A DNA stretch of 59,920 nucleotides from a virus (lineage: Duplodnaviria; Caudoviricetes), in IMG/VR virus record IMGVR_UViG_3300035199_000797, positions 1-59,920 of that record; one strand, given 5' to 3'. This document shows, in pieces, positions 56,933 through 59,920 of the stretch. Position 1 is the first letter of the stretch; each line of letters opens with the position of its first letter. Under the pieces are notes generated by a model. That model searched no databases. It saw nothing but the letters and a program-made list of their open reading frames with translations, and was not told the origin of the DNA. The translations under genes and the position numbers were made by a program.

Positions 56933-57556
56933 GCGCCGGTAGCCGAGCGCCGTTGTGGTCTGGCGCCAGACAAAATCATAGGACGGGCGCCGGCGCAGCT
57001 TGGCCCGGAAGTACGCCTCTTCGGCCTGCTCCCGAAAGGCAGGGTAGGGGATGCTGGATAGCCACTGCCCATCGCCCGCGGATTCTTCGGTGTTGCGCCC
57101 GCGGTGAACAAAGAACCAGCGGTTCGGATCGTTCGCCGCCACGTTGACCACGTGCAGGGTATCGACAAGCGGCTCCAGATCTAGCGGGTCGTGGTCGGCC
57201 TCGAGCAGATCCTTGATTGGCGCCAGGCCGTCCTGCTCGTAGTGGTCGAAGTCCTCCACCTTCATATGAGCCACCTTGATATCGCAGCCAGGGCTGTTGA
57301 AGCGGCTTTCCATGGGCGGAGACACCTTGATGGTGCGGCCATCTACCGTGGGCCCTGTGCGCTCTCCAGCCCTCCCCATCCGCCCTATTGCCAGCTCTGC
57401 CGCTGTTGCTATTGCGGGCTCGATAACGGCCCCTGCAGCTGCGCCCAGGCCCGGCATTGCCCCTGCCGCCATCCCCAACGCCTCACCAGCGAAGAGCGGG
57501 CCCATGCGCCTTGCAGCAGCGGACCATCTACTGGGTATACGGGGCCTTGATTTCAC
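56858..57556 (-). CDS. Stand-alone PAS-like protein (copy 2); start may be 57313 or 57265
   Basis: DPNRWFFVHRG...RRRPSY...YRRLV..VTDDMGCVQHVV, aligns to 9075-9683. Confidence 0.6.
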   Translation of the reverse strand: MKSRPRIPSRWSAAARRMGPLFAGEALGMAAGAMPGLGAAAGAVIEPAIATAAELAIGRMGRAGERTGPTVDGRTIKVSPPMESRFNSPGCDIKVAHMKVEDFDHYEQDGLAPIKDLLEADHDPLDLEPLVDTLHVVNVAANDPNRWFFVHRGRNTEESAGDGQWLSSIPYPAFREQAEEAYFRAKLRRRPSYDFVWRQTTTALGYRRLVTGVTDDMGCVQHVVIAAIHEAA

Positions 57557-57681
57557 TGCTTCAACGCTTTCTCCAATTTCGCCACATACGCGAACAGCGC
57601 TTCGATACCGCTCCGGCTAAGTTTGCCGTCTGTATCGAACTGTTCCCGCATATCGGCCAATTCTTCGGGGTTGAGGGGCAT
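57553..57681 (-). CDS. 42-aa hypothetical protein
   Basis: MPLNPEELADMREQF...ALKQ*, GTGA-coupled to the PAS ORF. Confidence 0.4.
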   Translation of the reverse strand: MPLNPEELADMREQFDTDGKLSRSGIEALFAYVAKLEKALKQ

Positions 57682-57732
57682 GGCTAAATTCTCTTGTTGT
57701 GCGACACTGCTCAAGGCGTTTGGCATCCGGGC

Positions 57733-59610
57733 CTACCACGACCTCGAGCGACCGCCATTAAAGAATAATCTCTCTGGATCGGGGATCTCCCAGTCCTTGC
57801 GGCATGCTTTCATCCGATATCTTGCCTCGAAGTTTCTGGGAAGTTTCGTTTCCAGATCGCCACAAGCGAAGACGAGCATGTCCCTTGTCAAGCCGCTCAC
57901 ATTTCGTAGGTCGGCGGCACTGAAGTTGACCCCTGCGAATTTGACGCCCGCCATTTTGGCGCCTTGAAGATAGGCACTGCGGAGGTCGGCTCCCTCGAAA
58001 TTGGCGCCTTTGAGGATTGTGCCTTCAAGGTTGGCGCCATGGAGATTTGCCCAAGACAAGTTTGCCCCATTGAGGTGCGCGAGTCTGAGGTTGGCCCCTT
58101 GAAGATTGGCGAATCGGAGTTTGGCCCATCGGAGTTTAGCCGATTCGAGATTAGCCCCCTGGAGTTTCGCCTGATCGAGTGTTGCCCGCTGAAATTCAGC
58201 GTCCTTGAGGTCGGCCTTCGCAAGGAACACTGACTTGGCTCCTGAAAACCGGAGGTCCGCACCCCTTAATTTGGCGCCTATCACTTCAGCCATTGCCTTC
58301 TGGAATTCCAGCCTGTCAGTTATATCCGGCATAACAGACAGATTGGCAGGCTTGGTTGATACATCAACTTCTGTCAGTTCGGCGTAGGTGGCGAAACCCA
58401 ACAGGTCGACAGCCACAGGTCCACCGATGGCGAGATACGTCAGACCAAGTGATACCAACAACACTGAAGTGGTGACGCGAGCTTCCAGAAACGGTCGTCG
58501 CCAATCGAGGCCAGCTTGAGTACCTGCCAACGTAGCCTTCATTCGTCGAAAGAAAGAAATGCCGGCCCATGAAGTAACTGCTATCGCGACGATCAAAAAT
58601 GCGCTGCCGATCCAGTCATGCCTGGGCAGATAGCGGAGCCAACACGCCCACAATGTGACGGGCACAAGAAACCATGCGGCAAGTACAGACAGCCCAACTT
58701 TGATCAGGGTCAATGGCGTCCGACCGGCGTTGAGTTTTGATACGTAAATGGTAACGAGGCTGGTCAGCAGCCAGGGATAGGCGGTCGCTTCCAGCCTGCG
58801 GCCATCGGGAAAAATTGCCGGAAGCTCGCCCAGGCCGTCCCACATGCTTTGCAAGTAGACATGTTGGTAAAAGTAGAGCACCAAAAGGATCATGGGCGCG
58901 GCCAAAAAGAACCAAGCTATCGGAATTGACGCATTGATGATCGGCAGCGGCGTACCCGATGAATTTGTCAAAAGGGCGGCATCGGTCGTAGTGGCGATGG
59001 TCAGCCAGACGTAGACACATGCGCTGATCATGGCGAGGAAGATGTTGCGGGCGTGTTTGGAATTTTCCTCGACTTGCTTGAGGCCCCGGAATTTCTCAAT
59101 ATCGTCCGGCAGCTTCGCATTGGACAAGTTAGTACCCGCGAGTTGACCGGCCTGGAGACCTGACACCTTCGACAAATTCGCATCGTTCAAGGCCGCGTTG
59201 CGCAAATTTGCGTTTAATAATTTGGCGCCCCCGAATTCAGCGTATCCGAGATTGGAGCTTCGAAGATCGGCCAACCTGAGGTCGGCGTCCTGAAGGTCGG
59301 CGCTATGAAGGTTGGCGCAATGAAGGTCGGCCTGAAAAAGTTTGGTATTCGCAAGTTTGGCTTCAAAGAAATCCACCTGCGAGAGTATCGCGCGTTTAAG
59401 ATCGGCGCCTTCCAAATTTACGCTCAGGGCGGTCGCGCCGGTTATATTGGCTTGCTGGCCTTCTTTGCCGCGGCTCTTCACCCACTTGTCATGCTCGGCA
59501 AGCATGTCTTTCAACTCGTCTTGGGAAATTTCGACACCAGCCATTACTCTGCCCTCCAGAACTTTCTGCGTCCAATTTTCGTTCTCAGCCCTATCGAGGC
59601 GCCTTTCCAT
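57733..59610 (-). CDS. Pentapeptide-repeat membrane protein (repeats-TM-repeats)
   Basis: Two A(D/N)Lxx repeat blocks flanking about five TM helices. Confidence 0.9.
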   Translation of the reverse strand: MERRLDRAENENWTQKVLEGRVMAGVEISQDELKDMLAEHDKWVKSRGKEGQQANITGATALSVNLEGADLKRAILSQVDFFEAKLANTKLFQADLHCANLHSADLQDADLRLADLRSSNLGYAEFGGAKLLNANLRNAALNDANLSKVSGLQAGQLAGTNLSNAKLPDDIEKFRGLKQVEENSKHARNIFLAMISACVYVWLTIATTTDAALLTNSSGTPLPIINASIPIAWFFLAAPMILLVLYFYQHVYLQSMWDGLGELPAIFPDGRRLEATAYPWLLTSLVTIYVSKLNAGRTPLTLIKVGLSVLAAWFLVPVTLWACWLRYLPRHDWIGSAFLIVAIAVTSWAGISFFRRMKATLAGTQAGLDWRRPFLEARVTTSVLLVSLGLTYLAIGGPVAVDLLGFATYAELTEVDVSTKPANLSVMPDITDRLEFQKAMAEVIGAKLRGADLRFSGAKSVFLAKADLKDAEFQRATLDQAKLQGANLESAKLRWAKLRFANLQGANLRLAHLNGANLSWANLHGANLEGTILKGANFEGADLRSAYLQGAKMAGVKFAGVNFSAADLRNVSGLTRDMLVFACGDLETKLPRNFEARYRMKACRKDWEIPDPERLFFNGGRSRSW

Positions 59611-59793
59611 ACTAGCGCACCTTCAATCCCCATACGATATTGCCCTGCTATGGTGAGAACGCACGTTCGCTCTTTCCGCAATCAATTTGTAGGGTCGGAG
59701 AAGGGGAGTAGCCAAACGATTTGGTCTGAATTTAGGTAACTTTTGGCTGTAAAAATTAGTCGCAACATTCGCAGACTGCTGCCAAAAACGCCA

Positions 59794-59840
59794 GCCTCTC
59801 ACGCCGGAAACAGGGGTTCGACTCCCCTTGGGGACGCCAG
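59794..59840 (+). repeat. attR core (duplicated tRNA-Glu 3' end)
   Basis: Identical to 179-225. Confidence 0.95.
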
Positions 59841-59920
59841 GCACTTCTAACATCCCCGCATCGTTGCTTGTACCGCTGGGAACCCGTAGGCTGCCGCCAT
59901 CATAGGTAGCGGGAGAGCAA

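Larger units (their letters stand above)
179..59840. mobile_element. Temperate siphovirus-like prophage, apparently complete
   Basis: Bounded by 47-bp direct repeats of the tRNA 3' half; integrase at left end; full set of immunity, replication, head, tail and lysis genes. Confidence 0.96.

Noticed and set aside
59788-59840. Second tRNA gene
   Set aside because: Only the 3' part is present, with no 5' acceptor strand or D-arm; it is attR.

Overview
The window is almost entirely one apparently complete ~59.6 kb temperate siphovirus-like prophage (HK97-type head, lambda-like tail; gene content suggests an alphaproteobacterial host). It is integrated at the 3' end of a tRNA-Glu(CTC) gene, with a 47-bp att core at 179-225 and 59794-59840. 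Ordinary modules present: integration, recombination, cI/cro, replication, packaging, head, tail and lysis. Five unusual features stand out. (1) Two diverged copies of a convergent, 3'-overlapping gene pair (GNAT/acyl-synthase-like enzyme plus stand-alone PAS-like sensor); one sits inside the immunity region next to a repressor with no autopeptidase domain, a candidate phage signalling system. (2) A cargo array downstream of the late regulator gene, with defence-like genes separated by diverged copies of that gene's own 3' end. (3) A cluster of three secreted nucleases. (4) Glycosyltransferase-like genes in the head module, one apparently reachable only via a -1 frameshift. (5) An ADP-ribosyltransferase-like gene coupled to an FGE/C-type-lectin gene ending in a DGR-like variable region, with no RT or template repeat seen in the window. 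All protein calls come from motif recognition by eye; no searches were run.
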